A stretch of 32,000 nucleotides of DNA from Raphidiopsis brookii D9 (lineage in GTDB: Bacteria > Cyanobacteriota > Cyanobacteriia > Cyanobacteriales > Nostocaceae). The position numbers and the translations under genes are program-made. The notes under the pieces are model-generated. The model searched no databases. It was not told the DNA's origin and worked only from the letters and a program-made list of their open reading frames with translations. Shown one piece after another: positions 1-9,037 of this stretch; position 1 is the stretch's first letter; each line of letters opens with the position of its first letter. Location of the stretch: assembly GCA_000175855.1 (NCBI GenBank), contig ACYB01000020.1:1-32000 (forward strand), in the 5' to 3' direction.

Positions 1-257
1 GTTTGGGCTGGTTTTTAATATTAATTAATCCGAAATTACGAAAAAAAGGACGCGATCGCTCTGTGGAAAAGGGTTTTGAAAAAATCATTTTGCAATTTAC
101 CACCGACTTTGAAAACACCCTGCTTTGCATGAGAGATAGATTACTATTATACAAACTTTTCAGCTTCCGTGAGTCATTTTGCGCTTTTAGTCTAAACTCC
201 AATTACAAGGATAATGGATACCAGCAACCAAAACATCATCATAAAAATACCTCCTGC

Positions 258-1712
258 TTAATTATCACCTAGTATAATCAGATCACGTAGATAATAAAAC
301 TGATCAGTCTTCCAATCCGTGCCTCTTTTTCTACCCAAATATCCTGTTAGGGGTGATGATAGTTCTATCAATATTTCGTGCATCTCTTCAAGTTTTAATG
401 GGACTGATGAAGGTGTGCCAAAATAAACACCATGTAAATTACTTACCATTGCAAATTCTAGTCCCGAATTGCACAAATATTCCTTGACTAATCTGACCAA
501 ATGGGATCGTATCTTGATTTGCTTCTCTACTTTTTCTATATATTCATCAATCCCATCATCTATTTGACCAGGTTCTAAATACTCTTTTAATTCCAGAAGA
601 TTTACTGCTCCTGGATATGTGGCCTTTAGTTGCACTAATTTTTGTAGTGTCATAGCTTTCATAATACTGGTTTTGGAAATTTTGGCAGATCTGATCAACG
701 ATTGTTGCAGCTGTTTGGTGGGATCGCCCGGTCCAATAATTAAACGCACTGCTTGCAAATAGTTTTCTTGTAAGTGTCTTTTAGCAATTCTATCTAATTC
801 TTCTACTGCACGGTCTGGAATACTTTTACCAGATTTACATTCACAAACTAGAGGAAATGGGTCAGAACAATATAAATCTAAACCTCCTACACCTCCTTTA
901 TAGCTATTTTCTACTCTAAATCCCAAAAATTCTAAACCTCGTCGACAAATATTCTCAAAGTCTGTACCTGCTTGATAGTTACTTTTCCTCTCTTCTAGTT
1001 CTATACTTCTATCCGCTAAAAAGGAAATGGTTTTTATCCAATCTAAATCAGAATTTGCAGTCTTTTTCTGTTTAATAGTACTCCATCCTAGAAATCCTCT
1101 AATTTCCTGTTGTAATTGCTGGTAAACAGGAAGTTCCGGGTTACTTTTGGTCAGGGATGATAACAGACTATCTAGTTTTTCTATTTGAGGGTGTAAAGGA
1201 GGTTGGCGATTTTCTAGTTGTTTCTGACGTTGAATAAACACATAATCATCTAATACAGGTTGATTTTCTGATGTGTATATATTACTTTCTAAAGGTATAA
1301 ATTTTCCAAGCTTTTGCTCAATATTGGGGAATGTTTTAACTTTCACAAATGTATCTAAATAGTAAACCCGTAAATGAGCTAGAAAAAAATGCGGACGTTT
1401 TTCTAGTATTTGCCGAAAAAATTCTGGTTCCCGTATGGTTAACCGAGCTAGAATATCTAAAGAACCAGTTTTATCTTTATCAAGACTTTGACAACCCTGA
1501 CATCTAGCCCAGCATTTTATTAAAACTTCTTGATCATCTGGGTTTGTAATATTAGGATTCCCATTCAGATCAGCTGGAAACAAGGCAAAACCCTGTCCAG
1601 TAGACATTAGTAACTTCTGTGGTATAACACTAATAATTCGTCCTTGTATTAGGTGTTCAATATCAATATCTGGTAAGCACAGGGCATTATAAATTAAGAT
1701 AGGTTTACTCAT
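258..1712 (-). CDS. Mrr-like/PD-(D/E)XK restriction endonuclease-fold protein with a long uncharacterised N-terminal region
   Basis: 484-aa ORF. It contains 'DFENICRRGLEFLGFRVENSYKGGVGGLDLYCSDPFPLVCECKSGK', matching the pattern E...GyxV...GGxGxD...xCExK of Mrr-type nuclease cores. Confidence 0.75.
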   Translation of the reverse strand: MSKPILIYNALCLPDIDIEHLIQGRIISVIPQKLLMSTGQGFALFPADLNGNPNITNPDDQEVLIKCWARCQGCQSLDKDKTGSLDILARLTIREPEFFRQILEKRPHFFLAHLRVYYLDTFVKVKTFPNIEQKLGKFIPLESNIYTSENQPVLDDYVFIQRQKQLENRQPPLHPQIEKLDSLLSSLTKSNPELPVYQQLQQEIRGFLGWSTIKQKKTANSDLDWIKTISFLADRSIELEERKSNYQAGTDFENICRRGLEFLGFRVENSYKGGVGGLDLYCSDPFPLVCECKSGKSIPDRAVEELDRIAKRHLQENYLQAVRLIIGPGDPTKQLQQSLIRSAKISKTSIMKAMTLQKLVQLKATYPGAVNLLELKEYLEPGQIDDGIDEYIEKVEKQIKIRSHLVRLVKEYLCNSGLEFAMVSNLHGVYFGTPSSVPLKLEEMHEILIELSSPLTGYLGRKRGTDWKTDQFYYLRDLIILGDN

Positions 1713-1745
1713 AATTCATTAATACTAAGCCAATACTAAGCAATT

Positions 1746-3686
1746 TTAACTAAAAAGATCAGCTAAGTCATCTTCTTTGTCTGTTTGATTTATATCGGAA
1801 TTAGAGAACAATTCCTCTATAATGTCTTCATCACTGACCTCAATCATGCTTCCAGATGGGTCACTGAGAATTTCTCTCAATAAGAGATTATCAGAGGTAA
1901 TTTTGTTTTGGTGAATAATATCAAAAATCTCCTGTTCAGTTAGTTGATAATTTTCTCGCTTTTGATAAATATGCAATATTGCTATGAGTGGTCGAATTTG
2001 ATTGTCGATTAGATCTACATTTTCTCCGCCTTTTTCGGATATTAATTCATTAAGTAACTTATAGCCCTCTGATTTTTTCTTCATTTGTTCTATCTTGGAA
2101 TAAGAACGAACCAAACAGCCACGAGTCAAATCAAATGTTTCATAATCATTTAAACGCTTCAAGCAAGCAGTTAATGTGAAAACAGTATCTTGAACAACTG
2201 CCACACCAATTTTTACTAGTTTTCCGTTCTCATGTCCAACAATTTTGAACCTGATAAAATTCTTATTTTTGCTCTTTGGTTGCACATCATCAATAATTTC
2301 TTCTATCATTACTTGTTCTAGCACCTGTCCTTTTAAAGTGGTAAATCCAAAATACAGAGCTTCTGCAATCAGGTCGCTATCCTCGGAATAATCTTTAATA
2401 TCAGTAGCCATTTCCCTAGTAAATCCCAGTTCAAATCTAGAAGCAGGATCTTGAGGAAGCTGTTCTTCTTGTACACAAAAATTGTTGGCGCACCATTGTA
2501 AAGCCTCTCTAACAGTTAATTTATTTTTACCATATTCTCTAAGTTGGCTTTCTGAAAATGGATAAAGTATATGGGGAGGAATTAAATTTTTTGAGGTATA
2601 ATATTCCTTAAGCCATGTAGCGACTATATCCAATATGGAGTTTGCGTTGAGAGGTTCTAAATCTATAGGTTTTCGTCGAGTGAACTTAGAAATTCGGTCG
2701 GGTGTACCACCTGGGAGAGAATTGACTTTGACGCGCCATGTTTCTGGTAACATTACCGTAATAATAACTACTCCTTTTCCCAAGTCTGAGTTTTCTAGGG
2801 TGTCATGAAGAATTTTTACAAAGTTGGCAATCACGCTTTCTGTAGGATAGCCATCTTCTGTTGAGTTGTTTCGGACATCTACTTCATCAAAACAAATGAC
2901 AACTGAGTTATAATGACTGACTAAATTGAGAACTTGTTGGATATTTTTCAGAGCTTCTGCTTCTCTCTCCTGATTAGTTCTATTAGAATTGGGTAGTCCC
3001 AAATCATAAGCATTTGCTTCAGATAACTCTTCACCAGATAGCCATCTAATGGCAAAGGGGGCTTGAGTTTCTGACAGTGTCCACAGAATGGCACGAATAA
3101 TATAGGGATCTGCATCGGGTCTATTTTTCATTACCGTTCTTTGCAGAGAATCCATGAAGTTTTGATTACTTCCTTGCTTCTTCTGAGAGATATTATCAAA
3201 CCTTTTTATTAATTCCGTAGCAGGTTTAGTAATCTCCCTATTTTCATTAACCATAGCTGCAGCAACTTCTTGCCATTGCATTACTCCTTGACTACCAGTT
3301 TTGCTTAAACTATCTGCTAGGGTTTGTTGAAATTGGTACTTGACTAAATTTAAATCAGTGTAATTATTGGCACTTGCATAAACAAATAAAGCACCTCCCT
3401 CTTTTTCTAATTGATGACGAACTCGACTCAAAAGATGAGTTTTACCAACTCCTTGCTGGGCGGTAATGGCAATAGAAGTTATTTTATCTTGACTATGTTT
3501 AGTCTGACGAACAGACTCAAGCGCTTCAAATATCTTATTAGAAGCATGTTGATTTAATGTTGTCACATCAGGAAATCCCTTACCCCAAATATTCTGTTCT
3601 TTAACAATGCCCGCGTTGATAAAAGGATTGTGACTATTAATAGCAGCATTGACGGATTCTATGGGCGAACTCGGTGTGTTTGTCAT
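1746..3686 (-). CDS. Large P-loop (AAA/ORC-Cdc6-like) ATPase
   Basis: 646-aa ORF. Walker A is 'ITAQQGVGKTHLLSRV' and Walker B is 'SVVICFDEVDVRNN'. A following 'VVIITVMLPETWR' strand resembles a sensor region. Confidence 0.75.
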   Translation of the reverse strand: MTNTPSSPIESVNAAINSHNPFINAGIVKEQNIWGKGFPDVTTLNQHASNKIFEALESVRQTKHSQDKITSIAITAQQGVGKTHLLSRVRHQLEKEGGALFVYASANNYTDLNLVKYQFQQTLADSLSKTGSQGVMQWQEVAAAMVNENREITKPATELIKRFDNISQKKQGSNQNFMDSLQRTVMKNRPDADPYIIRAILWTLSETQAPFAIRWLSGEELSEANAYDLGLPNSNRTNQEREAEALKNIQQVLNLVSHYNSVVICFDEVDVRNNSTEDGYPTESVIANFVKILHDTLENSDLGKGVVIITVMLPETWRVKVNSLPGGTPDRISKFTRRKPIDLEPLNANSILDIVATWLKEYYTSKNLIPPHILYPFSESQLREYGKNKLTVREALQWCANNFCVQEEQLPQDPASRFELGFTREMATDIKDYSEDSDLIAEALYFGFTTLKGQVLEQVMIEEIIDDVQPKSKNKNFIRFKIVGHENGKLVKIGVAVVQDTVFTLTACLKRLNDYETFDLTRGCLVRSYSKIEQMKKKSEGYKLLNELISEKGGENVDLIDNQIRPLIAILHIYQKRENYQLTEQEIFDIIHQNKITSDNLLLREILSDPSGSMIEVSDEDIIEELFSNSDINQTDKEDDLADLFS

Positions 3687-3769
3687 TGTAACTGTTATAT
3701 TTCAGGAATGGGAAACTTCAGTGAGAAGAATAAAGATATTGTATTGAGTTAGACTGAGTTGGAAGCATT

Positions 3770-4453
3770 TTAAACCAACCGTTTAGCGTAAGACCGCAAT
3801 TGAGTTCCAGGAATAAGGATACTATCTTCCTGTTTATCAGTGGTGAAATCTGGTATTTCCCCGGAAATGAGCTGTAAAATATCATCAGCTTGCATTTCCA
3901 CTAACCACTGATTGAACTTTCCCCTCTCCACTCTTTTTCCTATTTCTCTTCTCAGTCTATAAATTGGAACTAAGTTGTCAAAATTGTATTGGTTATCCAG
4001 AAGACTATAAACTTCTAATAATACGGATTTAAATTCCTCATAGGAAGCAATAAGCTTGCTATTGGTAGATTCACTAGCTTTTATTTCCGGTGTTGATGGT
4101 GCTGAGTGGGATTGACGTAGTAAAAGCAATAAAGCATTAGCAACCCAAGCACCAACGTTCTTATCAAATTTAAATTCCTTGTTCAAGAGTCCATTACGTA
4201 AAATATTAATACCTACGGGTGTGGTGATTGTATAACTAACCGTCGCACCCTTCTTTGTGGTGCTAATGGCACCATCTGCTTCTAAATGTTCTATTATTTG
4301 CTGATAGTCAGTCATTCTCTGACCTTTAGACACTATTCGCTTGCTCAATTGACCTTTGGTTACCTTCTGCTCCCCTGCTCCCAAATCCCATAATGCCAGT
4401 AGCAGTCTGGTCTGAGCATAAGTTCCTTGTAATGCTTGTTTTTTTGAAGCCAT
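3770..4453 (-). CDS. Small protein with probable winged-helix N-terminal domain
   Basis: 227-aa ORF. 'LLLALWDLGAGEQKVTKGQLSKRIVSKGQRMTDYQQIIEHLEADGAISTTKKGATVSYTITTPVG' has a helix-helix-hairpin layout typical of wHTH. Confidence 0.5.
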   Translation of the reverse strand: MASKKQALQGTYAQTRLLLALWDLGAGEQKVTKGQLSKRIVSKGQRMTDYQQIIEHLEADGAISTTKKGATVSYTITTPVGINILRNGLLNKEFKFDKNVGAWVANALLLLLRQSHSAPSTPEIKASESTNSKLIASYEEFKSVLLEVYSLLDNQYNFDNLVPIYRLRREIGKRVERGKFNQWLVEMQADDILQLISGEIPDFTTDKQEDSILIPGTQLRSYAKRLV

Positions 4454-4645
4454 ACTTCTTAATTCCTAAACAACTTTAACAGTCTTAACGCTATTTAAAA
4501 TAAGGGCTTTTATACCTAGTGCAAAGGTACGTTTACCTAAGTTTCAAAATGACCATAGCAGGTTAGATTATCCCGTTACATCTATCTCAAGATAGATATT
4601 TAACTCGTTTAGAGAAGTCAATGAAACCTAGCCAAAATCTTTCGA

Positions 4646-5515
4646 TCAAAGATTGATTTCTTTTAATAACCAAAAACCAGCAAAAGACTGGGACTGGGGA
4701 TCAGACTGTACTCCAATAAAATGCACACCGTTGGCTTTTTGTTTAGCCTCTTCAAAGCCCTTAGCATCTTCTAATAATTTGGGAGTTCTCAAATTCGCTA
4801 AAATCCAACTTTCCGTACCACCTGTCTCTAAAACTAATCTATCCCCTTGATTATTAGGATTACTATCAAATCGTAAGTACGCCAACTCCAAACCGGACAT
4901 CCATCCAGCAATTGGTAAAGCTCTGGGGGAAAAAATCAAAATTCCCGGAATGGGGGTTTCCGGGGATAAACCAGCTAATTCTAAGGGAAAAGCCTCGCCA
5001 AATGCAATTTCCCATTCCGGCATATCAGTAAAATCACTGGCTTCTAGACTAACAAATGTCCATTGTTTACCTTCTAGCGCATCCGGTAATCTTTGAGGTA
5101 AGGGTCTTTCCAATCGCACGGAAGAGTTAGTCACCTGTTGATATCCGGGTTCTTGAGGATAAACTTCCTCCATTCTTTGTTGTATCCATTGGTTGAGAAC
5201 TAAAGTTTTGCGACTGGATAAAGCAGGTATCCCCATGTCTTGACAAGCTTTAGTAATCATATTATTCATCTGTCGGCGGAAAAAGCGAATTTTTATGGGT
5301 GCCACACCTGCTTTTTCAATAGCTTCTTCTAATGCTTGGCGTAACCAGACTGAATTGACTTGGGTGCTAGGGCAATATTGCGAGTAGCGAAATAGGGAAT
5401 CCACTTTAGTAATAACATCTGTAGGACTTTCACAGATCAAGACTTCCCAAACTTTTTTTTGATTTACGTCCAGAATAGGACGAGAGTAAAAATCGAGTTC
5501 CCAAATATTGCCCAT
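4646..5515 (-). CDS. Tab2/Atab2 family RNA-binding protein
   Basis: 289 aa, starting 'MGNIWELDFYSRPILDVNQKKVWEVLICES' and containing 'MNNMITKACQDMGIPALSSRKTLVLNQWIQQRMEEVYPQEPGYQ'. Both are characteristic of the cyanobacterial/plastid Tab2 family. Confidence 0.85.
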   Translation of the reverse strand: MGNIWELDFYSRPILDVNQKKVWEVLICESPTDVITKVDSLFRYSQYCPSTQVNSVWLRQALEEAIEKAGVAPIKIRFFRRQMNNMITKACQDMGIPALSSRKTLVLNQWIQQRMEEVYPQEPGYQQVTNSSVRLERPLPQRLPDALEGKQWTFVSLEASDFTDMPEWEIAFGEAFPLELAGLSPETPIPGILIFSPRALPIAGWMSGLELAYLRFDSNPNNQGDRLVLETGGTESWILANLRTPKLLEDAKGFEEAKQKANGVHFIGVQSDPQSQSFAGFWLLKEINL

Positions 5516-5579
5516 GTTATAATGTGTTATAATGTGAAACTGGTTATGATTATTATGTTATGACTATTATGACTGTTAA

Positions 5580-6605
5580 TCATGGAGTGGGCAATTCATT
5601 AGGAGCAAAAGCACCATTTTCAGTAATGATAGCTGTTATTAATTCAGCTGGGGTGACATCAAAAGCAGGATTATAAAATTCCACACCTGAAGGTGTGAGC
5701 ATACTATCACCAACCTGGTAAATTTCCGATGGGTGACGCTCTTCTATGGGAATTTTATCCCCACTATCTAAACTGAAATCAATAGTGGAAACAGGTGCAG
5801 CTACAAAAAATGGAACATTATGGGATTTAGCAACAATGGCTAAATTATAAGTACCTATTTTATTCGCTGTGTCTCCATTGGCTGCTATTCTATCTGCACC
5901 AACCACTACGGCATCAATTAAACCTTGCTTCATACAGTGTGCTGCCATATTATCAGCAATCACGGTGACGGGAATACCTTCTTGAACACATTCCCATGCG
6001 GTGAGTTTTGCACCTTGTAAACGAGGACGAGTTTCGTCGGCAAAAACCCTAGTTAGTCTCCCCTCTTTCCAAGCTGAACGTACTACCCCCAATGCTGTAC
6101 CATAACCAGCAGTTGCTAAAGCACCTGCATTACAATGAGTCAGAATAATTAATTTTTCTGGTGTTTTGGGTAAAACTTTCAACCCGTTATCACCTATAAG
6201 TTGACAAGTTTCTAGATCTTCAGCACGAATTTTTTCAGCAGTTTCTAGCAGATTTTGTTTAATTTCTTCTATATTCCCTAGGGTTTCATAGGCAATTTGC
6301 ATCATTCTGCCAATAGCCCAAAATAGATTGACTGCAGTGGGACGCGTGGAGCGTAATACTTGGGCCACACCTTCTAATTCATGCAGGAACTCCAGACGGT
6401 TATTGGTTTCTATCTCCCTAGCGCCCAAATACATACCATAGGCAGCAGCTACACCAATAGCAGGTGCACCTCTAACAATCATAGTTCTAATGGCTTCTGC
6501 CATATCCTGACTGCGATGAATTTCAATTAAAGCATACTCATTGGGTAGACGAGTCTGGTCAATTAGTAGGACGGAATTGTTTTTCCAGATTACAGGATAA
6601 AGCAT
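5580..6605 (-). CDS. mtnA: S-methyl-5-thioribose-1-phosphate isomerase
   Basis: 341 aa. '[20 protein letters not shown]', '[21 protein letters not shown]', '[16 protein letters not shown]' and '[20 protein letters not shown]' are MtnA signatures. Confidence 0.95.
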   Translation of the reverse strand: MLYPVIWKNNSVLLIDQTRLPNEYALIEIHRSQDMAEAIRTMIVRGAPAIGVAAAYGMYLGAREIETNNRLEFLHELEGVAQVLRSTRPTAVNLFWAIGRMMQIAYETLGNIEEIKQNLLETAEKIRAEDLETCQLIGDNGLKVLPKTPEKLIILTHCNAGALATAGYGTALGVVRSAWKEGRLTRVFADETRPRLQGAKLTAWECVQEGIPVTVIADNMAAHCMKQGLIDAVVVGADRIAANGDTANKIGTYNLAIVAKSHNVPFFVAAPVSTIDFSLDSGDKIPIEERHPSEIYQVGDSMLTPSGVEFYNPAFDVTPAELITAIITENGAFAPNELPTP

Positions 6606-6633
6606 GGGGGGAAGGAGTAAATTTACACGGAAA

Positions 6634-6660
6634 CCCCACCCTAGAAGAAGTGGGGTGGGG
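6634..6660 (-). terminator. Stem-loop downstream of psaB; candidate 3'-end/terminator hairpin
   Basis: CCCCACCC (6634-6641) pairs with GGGTGGGG (6653-6660). It lies about 36 nt beyond the psaB stop in the psaB-mtnA gap. Confidence 0.5.
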
Positions 6661-6695
6661 CTATTGATTTACTTACCTAAAACTGGCAGTCAGCT

Positions 6696-8927
6696 TTAAC
6701 CAAATTTGCCAGCAGTGGAAGCAATCAGGAATGCAGCATAGGTGAGGATGTAGCCAACGGTGAAGTGAGCTAAACCAACCACACGAGCTTGAACGATGGA
6801 GAGAGCAACGGGTTTATCTTTCCAGCGAACTAGGTTAGCTAGAGGAGTGCGCTCGTGAGCCCAAACCAAGGTTTCGATTAATTCTTGCCAATATCCTCTC
6901 CAGGAGATCAAGAACATGAAACCAGTTGCCCAGACTAAGTGTCCAAATAAGAACATCCAAGCCCAAACAGATAGGTTATTCATACCATAGGCGTTGTAGC
7001 CGTTGATCAACTGAGCAGAGTTGGCCCAGAGGTAATCGCGGAACCATCCCATTAAATAGGTCGAGTTTTCGTTGAATTGGGCAACGTTACCTTGCCAAAT
7101 ACCTAGGTGTTTCCAGTGCCAGTAGAAGGTTACCCAACCAATGGTGTTTAACATCCAGAACATTGCTAGGTAGAAAGCGTCCCAAGCTGAAATATCGCAA
7201 GTACCTCCCCGACCAGGACCGTCGCAAGGGAAGGCGTAACCAAAATCCTTTTTGTCAGGCATTAGCTTGGAACCACGAGCATCTAAAGCACCTTTAACTA
7301 GTACTAAGGTAGTGGTGTGAATAGCTAAAGCAAAGGCATGGTGAACCAAGAAGTCGCCAGGTCCAATGGTTAAGAATAGGGAGTTAGTGCCAGAGTTAAT
7401 GGCATCTAACCAACCAGGTAGCCAAACATTACCAGCATTGGGGTAAGCTGTGTAGGCAATACTGTCGGTGTTAGACAATAATACGTTAAGCCCGTATAAA
7501 ACTTTACCGTGAGCAGCTTGGATAAATTGGGCAAACACTGGCTCGATGAGGATTTGCTTTTCAGGAGTACCGAAAGCAACCACTACATCGTTATGAACGT
7601 ACAGACCCAAGGTGTGGAAACCCAGGAACAGGGACACCCAGCTTAAGTGAGAAATAATCGCTTCTTTATGCTGAAGAATCCGGTCTAATACGTTGCCTTT
7701 GTTTTGTTCTGGATCGTAGTCCCGAACCCAGAAGATGGCGGCGTGGGCAAAAGCACCAACCATCAAGAAACCAGCTATGTACTGGTGGTGGGTATACAAT
7801 GCTGCCTGGGTGGTGTAGTCCTTAGCGATGAACGCGTAGGAAGGCAGAGAGTACATGTGTTGCGCCACCAAGGAAGTAATGGTTCCTAACGCTGCCAATG
7901 CCAAAGACAGTTGGAAGTGTAAGGAGTTGTTGATGGTGTCGTACAAACCTTGGTGAGGTAAGTTGAACTGTCCTTCACTCTTGCTACCGGGGACTAAACC
8001 TGATTTGGAATTGAGCATTTCTTTGATGCTGTGACCAATTCCAAAGTTAGTGCGGTACATGTGACCAGCAATAATAAATAGAACTGCGATCGCCAAATGG
8101 TGATGAGCTATATCAGTCAACCACAGAGATTCTGTTTGAGGATGGAAACCACCTAAGAAGGTCAAAATTGCTGTTCCTGCACCAGTGGAGGTGCCGAAGA
8201 TCTGACCTGCGGTATCCGGATTCTGAGCATATACACCCCAGTTACCAGTGAAGAAGGGGGTCAAACCTGCGGGGTGGGGAGCCACACTCAAGAAGTTATC
8301 CCAGCCTACGTGAATACCGCGAGACTCAGGAATGGCAACGTGAACCAAGTGACCAGTCCATGCTAGGGAGCTAACACCAAATAAACCAGCTAGGTGATGG
8401 TTTAAACGGGGTTCAGCACTCTTAAACCAAGAGAGACTAGGACGGAACTTGGGTTGCAAGTGCAGCCAACCAGCAAACAGGAACAATGCGGCCAAGAGCA
8501 ACAAGCCTAGGGAACCGGTATATAGTTCTTGGTTTGTCCGCATCCCAATGGTGTACCACCAGTGATAAACACCTGAGTAAGCAATGTTAACAGGATTGCT
8601 TGCGCCAGCTTGAGTAAAAGCGTCAACTGCTGGTGCGCCGAAATGAGGATCCCAAATCGCATGGGCGATAGGACGGACGTTAAGGGGATCTTTGATCCAC
8701 TGTTCAAAGTTACCTTGCCAGGCTACGTGGAACAGGAGGCTGGATGCCCACAGAAATATGATTGCCAGGTGACCGAAATGGGTAGCGAAAATCTTTTGGT
8801 AAAGATTTTCTTCTGTCATGCCGTCATGGCTCTCAAAATCGTTGCCTGTGGCGATCGCATACCAAATCCGACGGGTAGTCGGGTCCTGTGCGAGATCCTG
8901 GCTAAATTTGGGAAATTTTGTTGCCAT
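6696..8927 (-). CDS. psaB: Photosystem I P700 apoprotein A2
   Basis: 743 aa starting '[36 protein letters not shown]', with the FX ligand loop '[18 protein letters not shown]'. Confidence 0.99.
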   Translation of the reverse strand: MATKFPKFSQDLAQDPTTRRIWYAIATGNDFESHDGMTEENLYQKIFATHFGHLAIIFLWASSLLFHVAWQGNFEQWIKDPLNVRPIAHAIWDPHFGAPAVDAFTQAGASNPVNIAYSGVYHWWYTIGMRTNQELYTGSLGLLLLAALFLFAGWLHLQPKFRPSLSWFKSAEPRLNHHLAGLFGVSSLAWTGHLVHVAIPESRGIHVGWDNFLSVAPHPAGLTPFFTGNWGVYAQNPDTAGQIFGTSTGAGTAILTFLGGFHPQTESLWLTDIAHHHLAIAVLFIIAGHMYRTNFGIGHSIKEMLNSKSGLVPGSKSEGQFNLPHQGLYDTINNSLHFQLSLALAALGTITSLVAQHMYSLPSYAFIAKDYTTQAALYTHHQYIAGFLMVGAFAHAAIFWVRDYDPEQNKGNVLDRILQHKEAIISHLSWVSLFLGFHTLGLYVHNDVVVAFGTPEKQILIEPVFAQFIQAAHGKVLYGLNVLLSNTDSIAYTAYPNAGNVWLPGWLDAINSGTNSLFLTIGPGDFLVHHAFALAIHTTTLVLVKGALDARGSKLMPDKKDFGYAFPCDGPGRGGTCDISAWDAFYLAMFWMLNTIGWVTFYWHWKHLGIWQGNVAQFNENSTYLMGWFRDYLWANSAQLINGYNAYGMNNLSVWAWMFLFGHLVWATGFMFLISWRGYWQELIETLVWAHERTPLANLVRWKDKPVALSIVQARVVGLAHFTVGYILTYAAFLIASTAGKFG

Positions 8928-9037
8928 AGGGTTGATGATTCCTCTGACCTTTGACCTTTAGCCATTGCTTAGTACCAGAGACATTTTGGGTCTTAGATTT
9001 TGGTAATTTCCAAAACCCAAAATATCGCCTGAAATTG

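Noticed and set aside
3-272. 89-aa ORF at the left edge
   Set aside because: No recognisable motif, low-complexity composition, and it overlaps the glsA-unrelated nuclease gene 3' end on the opposite strand. I do not support it as a gene.
5544-5573. TTATGA/TTATTATG short repeats upstream of the tab2-like gene
   Set aside because: Low-complexity AT-rich spacer with no consistent period.
7704-7889. Short ORFs opposite psaB (also 8507-8707, 8610-8954)
   Set aside because: Antisense to a highly conserved gene, so coding constraint on psaB explains the open frames.
8851-8858. GCGATCGC octamers (e.g. 52-59, 8086-8093, 8851-8858, 10389-10396, 13283-13290, 13573-13580, 14175-14182, 16757-16764, 16926-16933)
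   Set aside because: This is the well-known HIP1 palindrome of cyanobacteria. It supports the host assignment but is not novel.
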